Source: Candidatus Multivoradales bacterium
GTDB taxonomy: Bacteria; Acidobacteriota; Thermoanaerobaculia; Multivoradales; JAHEKO01
Assembly (NCBI GenBank): GCA_965223855.1
Contig: CBDCXM010000008.1
Coordinates: 448,001 to 512,000 of the forward strand
Reading direction: 5' to 3'
DNA: 64,000 nt
Each line of letters starts with the position of its first letter. Position 1 is the stretch's first letter. Of the stretch, positions 39,875 through 51,602 are shown piece after piece. The position numbers and the translations under genes are program-made. Under the pieces are notes generated by a model, which saw only the letters and a list, made by a program, of their open reading frames with translations, was not told the DNA's origin and searched no databases.

Positions 39875-42800
39875 TCTTCCGGCGCCGGGGCGATCGCCCG
39901 CACACCGGCCGCCGCGGCCGCCTCGTTGAAGTCGACGATCGACTCGTCGCGCAGCCGCTGCCATTCGAGACGGGCGTCTGCCATCCGCTCCCCGAGGAGC
40001 CGGTGCACCCCGTACTGCGCCTCCGTCGGCGCCAGATCCACCTGCTGGATGCCCCGCGCCAGGTAGCCGAGACGGGCATAGAGCAGCCGCGGCCAGCGCA
40101 GCGTGTCCTGACGCGCGCCGCTCAGCCGCAGATCGAAGAAGCGCCCCTCGAGCGCCCTCAGATCCTTCTCGAGCCCGGCGGCCCGCGACTCCAGCTCCTC
40201 GCTCCAGCGTGCATCCGGGACGCCCTGCCAGCGGTCCCGCAGCTCGCCGAGCTGTTGCCTCGCCGACTCGATCGCGTTGATCATCGAGGCGGCCTCGTCG
40301 ATCCACTCCCTCAACTCGCGAACGACCTCCTGCTGCTCGGCGAGACTCGCCTCGTCGCCGCTCGAGTGCGGATCCCTGGCGACCCTCAGACGGCTCGTCG
40401 ACACCACCTCGCCGTCGATCCGCAGCTCGAGCTCGTAGTCTCCCGGGGGCGCCAGCACCCCGAAGCGACCGCCGTCGCTCAGAGGGCGCCAGCCGGTGTC
40501 GGGCAGCTGAACATGGCTCGCCTCGTCGGGCGGGGTGCGGAGCCTGACCTCGGTCGTGCGTTCCTCGTAGAGGTTCCACACCTGGCGATGCAGGCCGCCG
40601 CCGCCGTCGAGCCCGCTGAGCGTGCGCACCTCGCGCCCTTCAAGGTCGAGAATGCGGATCGCCACCTCACCTCCGATCCCGGTGGGCAACCAGTAGTGCA
40701 ACGTCGCGCCCGGCGCCGGATTCTCGCCTGCCGCCTCGTTGTGGTACTCCTGCCACTCGGGCGCGCGGCGCCGGAAGCGGAAGGCAGCGCGCGGAGCGAA
40801 GAGGCGAGGCTCCCCCGCTTCGATCGCCCGATCCCACTCGCGCAGCGCCGACAGATCGTCGAGCACCCAGATCCCGCGTCCGTAGGTCGCCACCACCAGG
40901 TCGTCGAAACGCTGCTGGATCTCCATCCAGTGAACGGGCGCCGGCGGCAGACCAGCTCCGAGCTCCCGCCAGCTTCGACCGTCGTCGAACGAGACCCACA
41001 GGGCGTTCTCGGTCCCCAGGTAGAGCATTCCGGGACGCTGCGGATCCTCTCTCACACAATGGGCGTAGGCGAAGACGTTCTGTGGAAGGTCGCCGCGCAG
41101 ACTCGTCCAGGTGGCGCCGTAGTCGTCGGTGCGGAAGACCCAGGTTGAAGTGTCCCCTTCCTGGTGCCGATCGACGGTCAGATAGGCGCGCCCAGTCTGG
41201 TGCCGCGACGGCTCGACGTTGGAGATCGTGCCGAGCGGCGGCACGTCGAGACCGGCGGTGACGTCACTCCAGCTTTCGCCGTCGTCGCGGCTGATATGCA
41301 CCAGGCCGTCGTTGGTGCCGGCCCAGATCACCCCCGGCTCGAGCGGCGACTCGGCGATCGAGAACACCACCGGCGCGATCGTCGGCCCGGCATCGTCGAG
41401 GGTCAGACCGCCGGTGCGGCGCATCAGCTCCGGATCGGCGGTCGTCAGGTCGGGACTCACGATCTCCCAGCTCTGGCCGTGGTCGACCGAGCGGTGGACG
41501 TACTGACTGCCGTAGTAGACCGCCGGACCGTGAGGAGAGACGGCCAGCGGCGCCGTCCACTGGATTCGATAGTCGAGGTCGGCCGCCGCCCAGCTCTCGA
41601 TCGCCAGCGGCCAGACGCTCACCTGACGGGAGTGTCCGTTGTCGAGATCGTGCAGCTCGAGCAGACCGTCGTAGCAGCCCGACCAGACGAGGCTCGGATC
41701 GGCCGGATCGGGGCGAGCGAAGCCGACTTCACAGCCGCCGATGGTGCGCCACGCACCTACCGGGATCGGACCGAAGGACAGGGTGTTCGACGGCCCCATG
41801 GCACTCGGGCCGTCCTGGCGATTGCCGTAGACGTTGTAGGGGATCCTGTCGTCGGTCGCCACATGGTAGATCTGGGCGATCGGCAACTGCGGCCGGAACC
41901 AGCTCTCGCCCCGGTTGATCGTCAGGCTGACCCCGCCGTCGTGGCCGGTGATCCGCCGGTCCGGATCGAGCGGGTCGATCCAGATGTCGTGGTGGTCGTA
42001 GCCCGAGTTCTGCGGCTCGATCGAGTGCCCACCGTCGTGCGAAATCGACTGCTCGACCGCCATGAAGGTGACCTCGTCTGCATCGTCGGGCGCCACCGCC
42101 ATGCGGGTGTAGTAGAGAGGACGTTGCGTCAGCGTGTTGTCCGAGTTGACCAGTTGCCAGCTCCTGCCTCCATTGTCGGAGCGCCACAACACCCCCGCCT
42201 CGTCGTCGACCGGGGCAAAGTCGCGGTTGGAGCTCACCTCGATCAGCGCGTAGATCCTCTTCGAGTCGTCGGGCGACATCGCCAGCCCGATCTTGCCGAG
42301 CGGCGACGGCGGCAGCCCACGGCCTTCGAGGCGCTTCCAGTTGTCTCCGCCGTCGCGCGACACCCAGATTCCACTGCCGGGACCGCCGCTCGTCCGTCCC
42401 GAAGTGCGCATCTCGAACTCCCACATCGCAGCGAAGACGACGCGCGGGTTGTTGGGGTCGATCACGACGTCGATCGCCCCGGTGTCCTCGTCAACGAAGA
42501 GCACCTGCTCCCAGTTCCAACCGCCGTCCTGAGTGCGGTAGAGACCGCGCTCACGCTGCGGCCCGTAGCTGTGCCCGAGGGCCGCGGCGAATACGATGTC
42601 GGGCTTCCTCGGATGGATCGCGATCCGCCCGATCCGGCCGCTCTCGACGAGACCGGCATGCTCCCAGGTCGAGCCGCCGTCGGTCGAGCGGTAGACACCG
42701 TCGCCGATCGACACGTTCGAGCGAATGAAGCTCTCCCCGGTGCCCGCCCACACGACGTTGGGGTCCGACGGTGCCACCGCCAGAGCACCGATGGAGGACG

Positions 42801-43062
42801 CAGGCGTGTCGTCGAACACCGGTTCCCAGTGGACGCCACCGTCGAGCGTCCGGAAGATACCCCCAGAGGCCGCCCCGGCGAAGTACGTCCCCGGCACTCC
42901 GGGCACACCGGCCACCGCCGACACCCGGTTGCCGATCGGCCCCAGGTGGCGAAAACGCAGTGCCGCGAACGGGTCCTCCTCTGCTTCGGGCGCGGCGTCC
43001 GCCGCCGGCACGGGAGGGAACACGACCAGGGTGAGGATCAGCACTACGGCGAATCGCGGCAT
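39871..43062 (-). CDS. Secreted VPS10/sortilin-like BNR-repeat glycosyl hydrolase-family protein
   Basis: R.LGP..NRV, many S/T.DGG..W boxes, DHHDIWIDP, LVVATYGRGIWVLDD. Confidence 0.9.
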   Translation of the reverse strand: MPRFAVVLILTLVVFPPVPAADAAPEAEEDPFAALRFRHLGPIGNRVSAVAGVPGVPGTYFAGAASGGIFRTLDGGVHWEPVFDDTPASSIGALAVAPSDPNVVWAGTGESFIRSNVSIGDGVYRSTDGGSTWEHAGLVESGRIGRIAIHPRKPDIVFAAALGHSYGPQRERGLYRTQDGGWNWEQVLFVDEDTGAIDVVIDPNNPRVVFAAMWEFEMRTSGRTSGGPGSGIWVSRDGGDNWKRLEGRGLPPSPLGKIGLAMSPDDSKRIYALIEVSSNRDFAPVDDEAGVLWRSDNGGRSWQLVNSDNTLTQRPLYYTRMAVAPDDADEVTFMAVEQSISHDGGHSIEPQNSGYDHHDIWIDPLDPDRRITGHDGGVSLTINRGESWFRPQLPIAQIYHVATDDRIPYNVYGNRQDGPSAMGPSNTLSFGPIPVGAWRTIGGCEVGFARPDPADPSLVWSGCYDGLLELHDLDNGHSRQVSVWPLAIESWAAADLDYRIQWTAPLAVSPHGPAVYYGSQYVHRSVDHGQSWEIVSPDLTTADPELMRRTGGLTLDDAGPTIAPVVFSIAESPLEPGVIWAGTNDGLVHISRDDGESWSDVTAGLDVPPLGTISNVEPSRHQTGRAYLTVDRHQEGDTSTWVFRTDDYGATWTSLRGDLPQNVFAYAHCVREDPQRPGMLYLGTENALWVSFDDGRSWRELGAGLPPAPVHWMEIQQRFDDLVVATYGRGIWVLDDLSALREWDRAIEAGEPRLFAPRAAFRFRRRAPEWQEYHNEAAGENPAPGATLHYWLPTGIGGEVAIRILDLEGREVRTLSGLDGGGGLHRQVWNLYEERTTEVRLRTPPDEASHVQLPDTGWRPLSDGGRFGVLAPPGDYELELRIDGEVVSTSRLRVARDPHSSGDEASLAEQQEVVRELREWIDEAASMINAIESARQQLGELRDRWQGVPDARWSEELESRAAGLEKDLRALEGRFFDLRLSGARQDTLRWPRLLYARLGYLARGIQQVDLAPTEAQYGVHRLLGERMADARLEWQRLRDESIVDFNEAAAAAGVRAIAPAPEE

Positions 43063-43149
43063 GAGGAACTCCTTGGGTCTCCTAGCCTCTTCACCCTACT
43101 CGAAAGCGCCGCAGGAGCGCGGTGCTGGGGCGCGAGTGCAGGAAGACGG

Positions 43150-43560
43150 CTACCGGAAGGTCAGTGTGCCGGTATCGATGAGCTTGCCGCTCCGGCTGAG
43201 CTGGTAGTGCCTGCCGCTGAAGACGCCGTCCTCGAACGCTCCGGCGAAGCGGTACTTCTGCCCCCGGCCGCGATCGACCGTCCCCTCGATCGATCCTTCG
43301 AGATCGCCGACCGCTTCCCCCTTCCAGCTGTAGTTCTTTCGCGAGAAAAAGAAACGGAAGGTCACCTCCCAGCCCCCTTCGCCGTCGGGGACGAAGCTGA
43401 CATCGAGGCGACCACGCTCCCCCTGGTTCCAGTCGTAGCTCCCGCTGAACGACAACGGGTCACCGTCGGCGATCGCCGGCGGCCCAGCCAGGAGGAAGAG
43501 GAAGCCTGCGGCCAGCAGGACAGACGAGAGGAGAGGTCGAAGCGGACTCGCGTCGTTCAT
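43150..43560 (-). CDS. Secreted hypothetical beta-rich protein
   Basis: Signal peptide; alternating aromatic/Gly beta-strand pattern; codon usage like neighbours. Confidence 0.65.
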   Translation of the reverse strand: MNDASPLRPLLSSVLLAAGFLFLLAGPPAIADGDPLSFSGSYDWNQGERGRLDVSFVPDGEGGWEVTFRFFFSRKNYSWKGEAVGDLEGSIEGTVDRGRGQKYRFAGAFEDGVFSGRHYQLSRSGKLIDTGTLTFR

Positions 43561-43611
43561 GCCGGGTGATACGGCCGGACGAGGCGAACGGTTGCTCTCC
43601 GTCGGTCGGCT

Positions 43612-44856
43612 TCAGTCGCCGCCGTGGCGACCCCAGTAACCGACGAGGCCCTTGACATAGTCGAGCGCCGCCTCGAGGTTCTGCACGGTGTTCCACTCGA
43701 AGCGGCTGTGGAAGTCATGCCCGCCGGTGAAGACGTTGGGCGTCGGCAGGCCCATCTCGGAGAGTCGGGAGCCGTCGGTTCCTCCCCGAACCAGCTCCTC
43801 TTCGAGGTCGATTCCCATCTCCTCCGCCGCGCGGAAGGCGAAGTCGATCACCCGGCGGTCGGTCCGCTCGATGTAGTCGCGCATGTTGCGGTAGTTGTCG
43901 CGAATCTCGACTTCGATCTTCGCTCGCGGGTGTTCGAGGCGCGCGACGGCAGCGAGCTGCTCCACGAAGGCCTTGCGGCGCTCCAGCCCGGCGGCGTCGA
44001 AATCGCGCAGCAGGATCCTCGCCTGCGCCCGCGTGACGTCTCCCTCGACCTCATGGGGGCAGAAGTACCCCTCCCGCTCCACCGTCGTTTCCGGCGCCTC
44101 ACCCGCCGGCAGCCCCGCCAGCAGCCTCGAGACGATCGTCACCGCATTGGCCATCACGTCCTTGGCGTAGCCGGGATGAACCCCGACGCCGGCGACCGAG
44201 ATTCGAGCTTCCGCCGCGTGGAACGTCTCGAACGAGAAGGTGCCGACGCCACCGCCGTCGATCGTGTAAGCGACCTTCGCGTCGAGACGCTCGAGGTCGA
44301 GAGCATCGACGCCGCGCCCGACCTCCTCGTCGACGGTGAAGCAGATTCTCAACGGCGGTCGTGTCGCCTCCGGGTCCGCCAGCAGATCGGCGACCGTCTG
44401 CACGATGATCGCCACCCCCGCCTTGTCGTCGCTGCCCAGGAGCGTCCTGCCGTCCGAGGTGATGACGTCGTGCCCCAGATGGTCGAGCAGCGCCGGGCTG
44501 CGCGCCGGATCGAGCGTCACACCGTCCTCGAGCGCGATCACGCCACCCTGATAGTCCTCATGGATCCGCGGCTCGACCGGGCCGCCGGGGGCGTCGGGCG
44601 AGGTATCGACGTGCGCCACGAGCGCCAACGGCGGCGCCGTCGAGTCCGCAGGCACCGGCTCGAGGGCGGCGTAGACATAGCCGTGCTCGTCCATCTCCGC
44701 TCCCCCGAGACCGAGCTCGCGCAGCTCCTCGGCGAGCAGCCGCGAGAGATCCTTCTGCTTTTCGGTCGACGGGGTCGAGGTGGACGCGTGATCCGCCTCG
44801 GTGTCGATCCGGACGTAGCGCAGGAAGCGCTCGACGACGGCGGGCCGCGGCTCCAT
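43612..44856 (-). CDS. pepT: Peptidase T (tripeptide aminopeptidase)
   Basis: ERFLRYVRIDT, AHVDTSPD, TLLGSDDKAG, DEEVGRG, HPGYAK, RGGTDG, GLPTPN.FTGGH.FH. Confidence 0.95.
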   Translation of the reverse strand: MEPRPAVVERFLRYVRIDTEADHASTSTPSTEKQKDLSRLLAEELRELGLGGAEMDEHGYVYAALEPVPADSTAPPLALVAHVDTSPDAPGGPVEPRIHEDYQGGVIALEDGVTLDPARSPALLDHLGHDVITSDGRTLLGSDDKAGVAIIVQTVADLLADPEATRPPLRICFTVDEEVGRGVDALDLERLDAKVAYTIDGGGVGTFSFETFHAAEARISVAGVGVHPGYAKDVMANAVTIVSRLLAGLPAGEAPETTVEREGYFCPHEVEGDVTRAQARILLRDFDAAGLERRKAFVEQLAAVARLEHPRAKIEVEIRDNYRNMRDYIERTDRRVIDFAFRAAEEMGIDLEEELVRGGTDGSRLSEMGLPTPNVFTGGHDFHSRFEWNTVQNLEAALDYVKGLVGYWGRHGGD

Positions 44857-44861
44857 GCCGG

Positions 44862-45392
44862 TCAGGAGTGGTGGCGCCGGAACATCATCAGCGCCTCGTG
44901 GAACTGCTCGCGAGCCTTGGTGACGTGCTTGTGAGCCTCGTCGATGTAGCCGTCGGTCGAGGTCGACCACACACGGTTGAGCGCCCGCTCGCCGGCGGCG
45001 AATGGGTTCATCACGTCTGCGTAGGCTTGCAGTCCGAAGCGATGCGCCATGCTCTCGCGCGCCTGGACGAACGCGTCGAGATCGTCAGGAAAGTCGCGAT
45101 CGATCACGTGGCGCAGTTCGTAGACGTCGATCGACGCCTTGCCGTCGTCGAGCGCCTTGGCCTTTGCCACGACGCTCTCGAGACTCGAGGCGATCGCGCC
45201 GAGATTGGTGGCGATCTTCCCCTCGGCACGCGACTCGGCGTGCATCGCCCGGCGCGCCAGCACCACGCCGACTACGCCGACGAGGAAGGCGGCGAGATAG
45301 GCGGCCGTCGACACTCCCTCCGGTCGCTCCGTAGCGAAGTACGAGCCGGCGAGGAAACCGATCGTGATCAGGAGATAGCCGAGCTTCTTCAT
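44862..45392 (-). CDS. Hypothetical protein with two N-terminal TM helices
   Basis: Between the OPT gene and pepT, same strand, short gaps; soluble tail FAAGERALNRVWS.S.DGY..E. Confidence 0.7.
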   Translation of the reverse strand: MKKLGYLLITIGFLAGSYFATERPEGVSTAAYLAAFLVGVVGVVLARRAMHAESRAEGKIATNLGAIASSLESVVAKAKALDDGKASIDVYELRHVIDRDFPDDLDAFVQARESMAHRFGLQAYADVMNPFAAGERALNRVWSTSTDGYIDEAHKHVTKAREQFHEALMMFRRHHS

Positions 45393-45402
45393 CGCTTGCA
45401 CG

Positions 45403-47118
<1,716 letters not shown>

Positions 47119-47152
47119 GGAAGCGGTCCTCGGATCCTAGCAGCCGGCGGCA

Positions 47153-48049
47153 TCAGTCGCCCCGGCGAGCCCGAGGTCGCCACGGAACCGACACCACCGC
47201 AATCCCGGCCACCACGATCGACGCGCCGACCGCCTGCACCCACGACAGTCCCTCGCCCAGCAGCACGACCCCCCAGAACAAGGTCAACGCCGGCTGCGCC
47301 AGCAGCAGGATCGAGGTCTCGACAGCCGGCATCTTCGGCAGCGAGCGGGTGATCATCAGCCAGCCGAACACCTGCGCCACCAGGGCGAGGGCGATCAACC
47401 AGCCGTGTGCCGGCCACGACCACGAGAGGTCGAGATCGCGGTCGAGGCCGCCCAGCACCGCCATCGTGACGAGGGTGCCGAGCGTGGCGTCGAACCACGG
47501 GCCGATGGTCGGGCCACGCTCCGAGCCGCTGCGCCGGAAGGTCAGCAGGAAGGCGGCGTAGAAGAGACCGGTGGCGACGCCGTAGATCACTCCTCGCAGC
47601 GGGGCGTCGCCGTAGGCGTCCGGCCGCCCCAGGCCGGAGGTCAGCGCGACCCCGGTGAAGAGCAGCGGCAGCATCCACAGCAGCAGTCGTCGCGGCTTCT
47701 CGCCGAACAGCCACCAGGCGGCGATCGCCACCCAGAAGACCTGGGAGTTGCCCAGCAACGTCGCGAGGCCGGCACCGATCGACTCGATCGAGCGGTGCCA
47801 CACGGCGAAGTCTCCGGCGAGCAGAGCACCGGCGGCAAAGGCGAACGCACGATCACGGACAGTCCTTCGATCGAGGTCGCGCACCCGCCACCAGAAGACC
47901 GCCAGCAACGGTGCCGCATAAAGGACTCGAAAGAAGCCGGCGGTCGAGGGAGAGGCCGCGGACAGCCGAACGAAGATCGCCGAGAACGAGATCCCAACCA
48001 CGCCGGCGAGCGCCTGGAGACGCAGTCGCAGTGGAGTGTCGCCGCCCAA
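47153..48049 (-). CDS. DMT/EamA family transporter
   Basis: About 10 TM segments in two repeats; ISFSAIFVR, GEKP, LLAQP. Confidence 0.9.
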   Translation of the reverse strand: MGGDTPLRLRLQALAGVVGISFSAIFVRLSAASPSTAGFFRVLYAAPLLAVFWWRVRDLDRRTVRDRAFAFAAGALLAGDFAVWHRSIESIGAGLATLLGNSQVFWVAIAAWWLFGEKPRRLLLWMLPLLFTGVALTSGLGRPDAYGDAPLRGVIYGVATGLFYAAFLLTFRRSGSERGPTIGPWFDATLGTLVTMAVLGGLDRDLDLSWSWPAHGWLIALALVAQVFGWLMITRSLPKMPAVETSILLLAQPALTLFWGVVLLGEGLSWVQAVGASIVVAGIAVVSVPWRPRARRGD

Positions 48050-48146
48050 GATGACGCGATCCTATGCCGAGAGACGCCTCCGAAGCCCCTGTGACAGCTC
48101 CGCTTGCCTGCGCGCCGTCCTGTTCCTGTGATACTCGGAGACGCCC

Positions 48147-49820
48147 ATGCCCGAACGAAACGATGTCGACGGCCTGCGAGGCCGCGCCCTGCTCGCCGAT
48201 TCGCTGCACAATAAGAGCTCCGCCTTCACCGCCGAAGAGCGAAGCGCCTTCGGTCTCGACGGCCTGCTGCCGCCGGTCGTGAGCACGATGGCCCAGCAGG
48301 TCGAGAGGGTCTACGCGAGCCTCCGTCGCAAGGAGAGCGACCTCGAGAAGTACATCGGCCTGATGGCTCTCGAGGATCGCAACGAAACCCTCTTCTACCG
48401 GCTGCTGCGCGAGCACCTGGCAGAGTTCCTGCCGATTGTCTACACGCCCACCGTCGGCGAAGCTTCGAAGATGTTCAGCCACATCTTCCAGCGCGGCCGC
48501 GGCCTGTGGGTCACTCCGGAGCATCGCGGCAGGATCGCCGAGGTGCTCGCCAATGCCGAGAGGCCGCGGGTGCGGCTCGCGGTGGTCACCGACAATCAGG
48601 CGATCCTCGGCATCGGCGACCAGGGAGCGGGTGGGATCGTCATCCCGATCGGCAAGCTGTCGATCTACTGCGCGGCCGCCGGGATCCACCCCGGGGAGGT
48701 GCTGCCGATCTCGCTCGACGTCGGAACCGACAACGAGGCGCTGATCGACGACCCGCTCTATCTCGGCTGGCGCCGACCGCGACTGCGTGGAGACGCCTAC
48801 CTGGGGTTGGTCGACGAGTTCGTCGAAGCGATGAATCAGGTGTTCCCCGGCGCCCTCCTGCAGTGGGAGGACTTCTCGAAGGCCAACGCCTTCGCTCTCC
48901 TCGAACGCCATCGCTCGAGGATCCTGTCGTTCAACGACGACATCCAGGGCACGGGGGCGATGGCGCTGGCCGGTATCGTCGCCGCGTGTCGAGCCTCCGG
49001 CGAGCCGCTCACCGCTCAACGGACGGTCATCGTCGGCGCCGGAGCGGCCGGAATCGGCATCGCGCGACAGCTTCGCAACGCCCTCGCCGAGGAGGGACTC
49101 GGCGGGCAGGAACTGACGGAGGCGATCGCCGTGCTCGACTCGCGAGGCCTCGTCACCGACGACCGCGAGCGGCTCGACGCCTACAAGCGGGCGCTCGCCT
49201 GGCCGGCCGCTCTCGCCGCCCGGCACGGGCTCCACGAGGACCGCTCCCTGCCCGCTGTCGTCCGGCAACTCCGACCGACCCTCCTCATCGGCACCTCCGG
49301 CCAGGCGGACCTCTTCGACGAACCGCTGATGCGCTCGGTCGCCGCCCACGCCGAGCGACCGATCGTGCTGCCGCTGTCGAATCCCACCGATCACTCCGAG
49401 GCTCGACCCGCCGACATCCTCCGGTGGACCGACGGTCGCGCCTTCGTCGGCACCGGCAGCCCGTTCCCGGATGTCGATTGGGAGGGGCGGAGCCTCGAAA
49501 TCGGCCAGGCCAACAACGCCTTCATCTTCCCCGGCGTCGGCCTCGGCGCCCTGTTGGCGGGAGCGAGCGAGGTCAGCGACGGAATGTTCTCGGCTGCCGC
49601 GACCGCACTGGCGGAAGCGGTCACCTCCGAGGACGCCGCTCGCGGCCGGATCTATCCGCCGATCGAGCGCCTGCGCGAGGTCACCCGCTCGGTCGCGGTC
49701 GCCGTCATGGTGCGAGCCGGTGAGGAGGGGGTCGCCTCGCCGATCACCGCCGGGGAAGCCGCAGCGAAGATCGAGCAGTTCGCCTGGGAGCCGACCTACC
49801 CCGACCTGTTGACCGGCTGA
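48147..49820 (+). CDS. maeA: NAD-dependent malic enzyme
   Basis: NETLFY, PIVYTPTVG, ILGIGDQG, LDVGTDN, QWEDF, FNDDIQGTG, GAGAAG.G, PLSNPT, QANNAFIFPG. Confidence 0.95.
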   Translation: MPERNDVDGLRGRALLADSLHNKSSAFTAEERSAFGLDGLLPPVVSTMAQQVERVYASLRRKESDLEKYIGLMALEDRNETLFYRLLREHLAEFLPIVYTPTVGEASKMFSHIFQRGRGLWVTPEHRGRIAEVLANAERPRVRLAVVTDNQAILGIGDQGAGGIVIPIGKLSIYCAAAGIHPGEVLPISLDVGTDNEALIDDPLYLGWRRPRLRGDAYLGLVDEFVEAMNQVFPGALLQWEDFSKANAFALLERHRSRILSFNDDIQGTGAMALAGIVAACRASGEPLTAQRTVIVGAGAAGIGIARQLRNALAEEGLGGQELTEAIAVLDSRGLVTDDRERLDAYKRALAWPAALAARHGLHEDRSLPAVVRQLRPTLLIGTSGQADLFDEPLMRSVAAHAERPIVLPLSNPTDHSEARPADILRWTDGRAFVGTGSPFPDVDWEGRSLEIGQANNAFIFPGVGLGALLAGASEVSDGMFSAAATALAEAVTSEDAARGRIYPPIERLREVTRSVAVAVMVRAGEEGVASPITAGEAAAKIEQFAWEPTYPDLLTG

Positions 49821-50086
49821 GCCTCCTCGCTGTCGAGGTCGGGAACGGGTCGAAAAGGGCCGACCCTCCGGCTGTGATAATCTTCACAGCCTCAATTCAC
49901 AGTCGAATCGGTCTCGAGGGCGTGAGCCGCGTAGGCCGCTTCCCCCCAGGGGAATCGCGTGTCTCCGCGCCGACCCATCTGCCGAGCTCAGATGTTCGTC
50001 GCTCCGGGGACGCTACCCGGCGGGCGCCTCGTTGCTGGAGAGGACGAATCTCCGGTGTGAGATCCGAAATCGGCGGAAGTAGGAGC

Positions 50087-51436
50087 ATGGCCGTGAGACC
50101 AGACAACCGGCGATCGAACCGATCGGTGGGGCGCAACTTCGCACTCTGCCTCGGGCTCCTGAGCCTGACGGCGAGGCCTTCGGCCGGCGTCGATCCGCGC
50201 CTCGAGTGGGACGGTGTCCTCAATGAGCAGGTGAAGCTGCTTGCGAGCGACGGTGCCGAGGGGGACGCCTTCGGCGGAGGGATCGCGATGGACGGCGACA
50301 CCCTGGCGATCGCAGCACCGCTCGAGGACGGAAGCGGTGCCAGCACCGGTGCCGTCTACGTCTTCATCCGGCAGGGTGGGACGTGGTCCGAAGCTGCAAA
50401 GCTGGTCGCGACCGCCGTGGTCGACTCGCTAGGCACCGGCCTGGCGGTCGAGGGCGACGTGGTGTTCGCCGCCGACTTCCATGACCAGGGAGCGGTTCAC
50501 GTGTTCGAGCGGCCTCCCGGAGGCTGGAGCGGGACCGTGAACGAGGTCGCCACGCTGCTACCGGCCGACGCCGACGCGTTCGGTCGTGCGATCGTCGCCG
50601 CGGAAGGCGACTCGGTCTTCGTCGGCAGTTGGACGCCGACGGAAGGGATCGGGACGATCTACGTCTACGAGCAGCCGCCCGGAGGCTGGAGCGGAACCGT
50701 GAACGAAGTCGCCGAGCTGCGACAGAGCGACACCGTACCCGGGGAACTCTTCCCAACGCTGCTCTCGGCTTCCGGGGACACGGTCGTGGCCGGTTGCGGA
50801 GGCTGCGACGACAACGGCCCTCTCTCCGGAGCGGCCTACGTCTTCGAGACCCCCGTAGGCGGCTGGACCGGGATCGTCAACGAGTCGGCCAAGCTCCTGC
50901 CGAGCCTGGGGATGAGCGATGACTTCTTCGGCGGTCGCCTGGCCGCCTCTGAAAGCACGGTCATCGTCGGTTCGGGTGGCGACGCCAGCCTGGCGGGCGC
51001 CGCCTACGTTTACGAGGAGCCTGCCGGAGGGTGGAGCGGGACGCTGACCGAGGATGCACGACTGGAGCCGTCCGACCTCGCGGCCGACGACCGTTTCGGT
51101 CCGGTCGCGATCGACGGCGAGACCGTGCTCGGAGGCTCGTGGGGGGACGCCGACAACGGTGCCTTCTCGGGGTCGGCCTACATCTTCGAACGGCCGGCCG
51201 GCGGTTGGTCGGGAACGGTCGGCGAGTCCGCCAAGCTGCTCGCCAGCGACGGCGTGACCGGAGACGTCCTTGGCGAGCGCGGCGTGATCGAGGGGCAGAC
51301 CGTCGTGTTGACCGCCCGGGGTCACGATCAGAACGGCGACCTGGCCGGCGCGGCCTACGTCTTCGAGGACATCCTGATGTTCAGCGACGGCTTCGAGTCG
51401 GGCGACACCTCGGCCTGGTCCGTAACCGTCCCTTGA
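50087..51436 (+). CDS. Secreted FG-GAP (integrin-alpha-like) repeat protein with C-terminal FxDGFESGD tail
   Basis: AGGAG RBS; repeats KLLASDG..GD.FG...GAAYVFE.P.GGWSG; ends MFSDGFESGDTSAWSVTVP. Confidence 0.88.
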   Translation: MAVRPDNRRSNRSVGRNFALCLGLLSLTARPSAGVDPRLEWDGVLNEQVKLLASDGAEGDAFGGGIAMDGDTLAIAAPLEDGSGASTGAVYVFIRQGGTWSEAAKLVATAVVDSLGTGLAVEGDVVFAADFHDQGAVHVFERPPGGWSGTVNEVATLLPADADAFGRAIVAAEGDSVFVGSWTPTEGIGTIYVYEQPPGGWSGTVNEVAELRQSDTVPGELFPTLLSASGDTVVAGCGGCDDNGPLSGAAYVFETPVGGWTGIVNESAKLLPSLGMSDDFFGGRLAASESTVIVGSGGDASLAGAAYVYEEPAGGWSGTLTEDARLEPSDLAADDRFGPVAIDGETVLGGSWGDADNGAFSGSAYIFERPAGGWSGTVGESAKLLASDGVTGDVLGERGVIEGQTVVLTARGHDQNGDLAGAAYVFEDILMFSDGFESGDTSAWSVTVP

Positions 51437-51602
51437 CATGAAACCGGCGAGACAATCACGACCTGGGGAAACGCCCGTCTCCGGGCCGTCCCATCCGTCG
51501 AGCTCAGGTGTTCTTGGTCCCGGGGTCCGACCGCCCGGAGGCGGTGCGGCTCGAGAGGACGACTTCCCGGTGAGATCGGATCGTGAGAAGAGGAGTGTGA
51601 CC

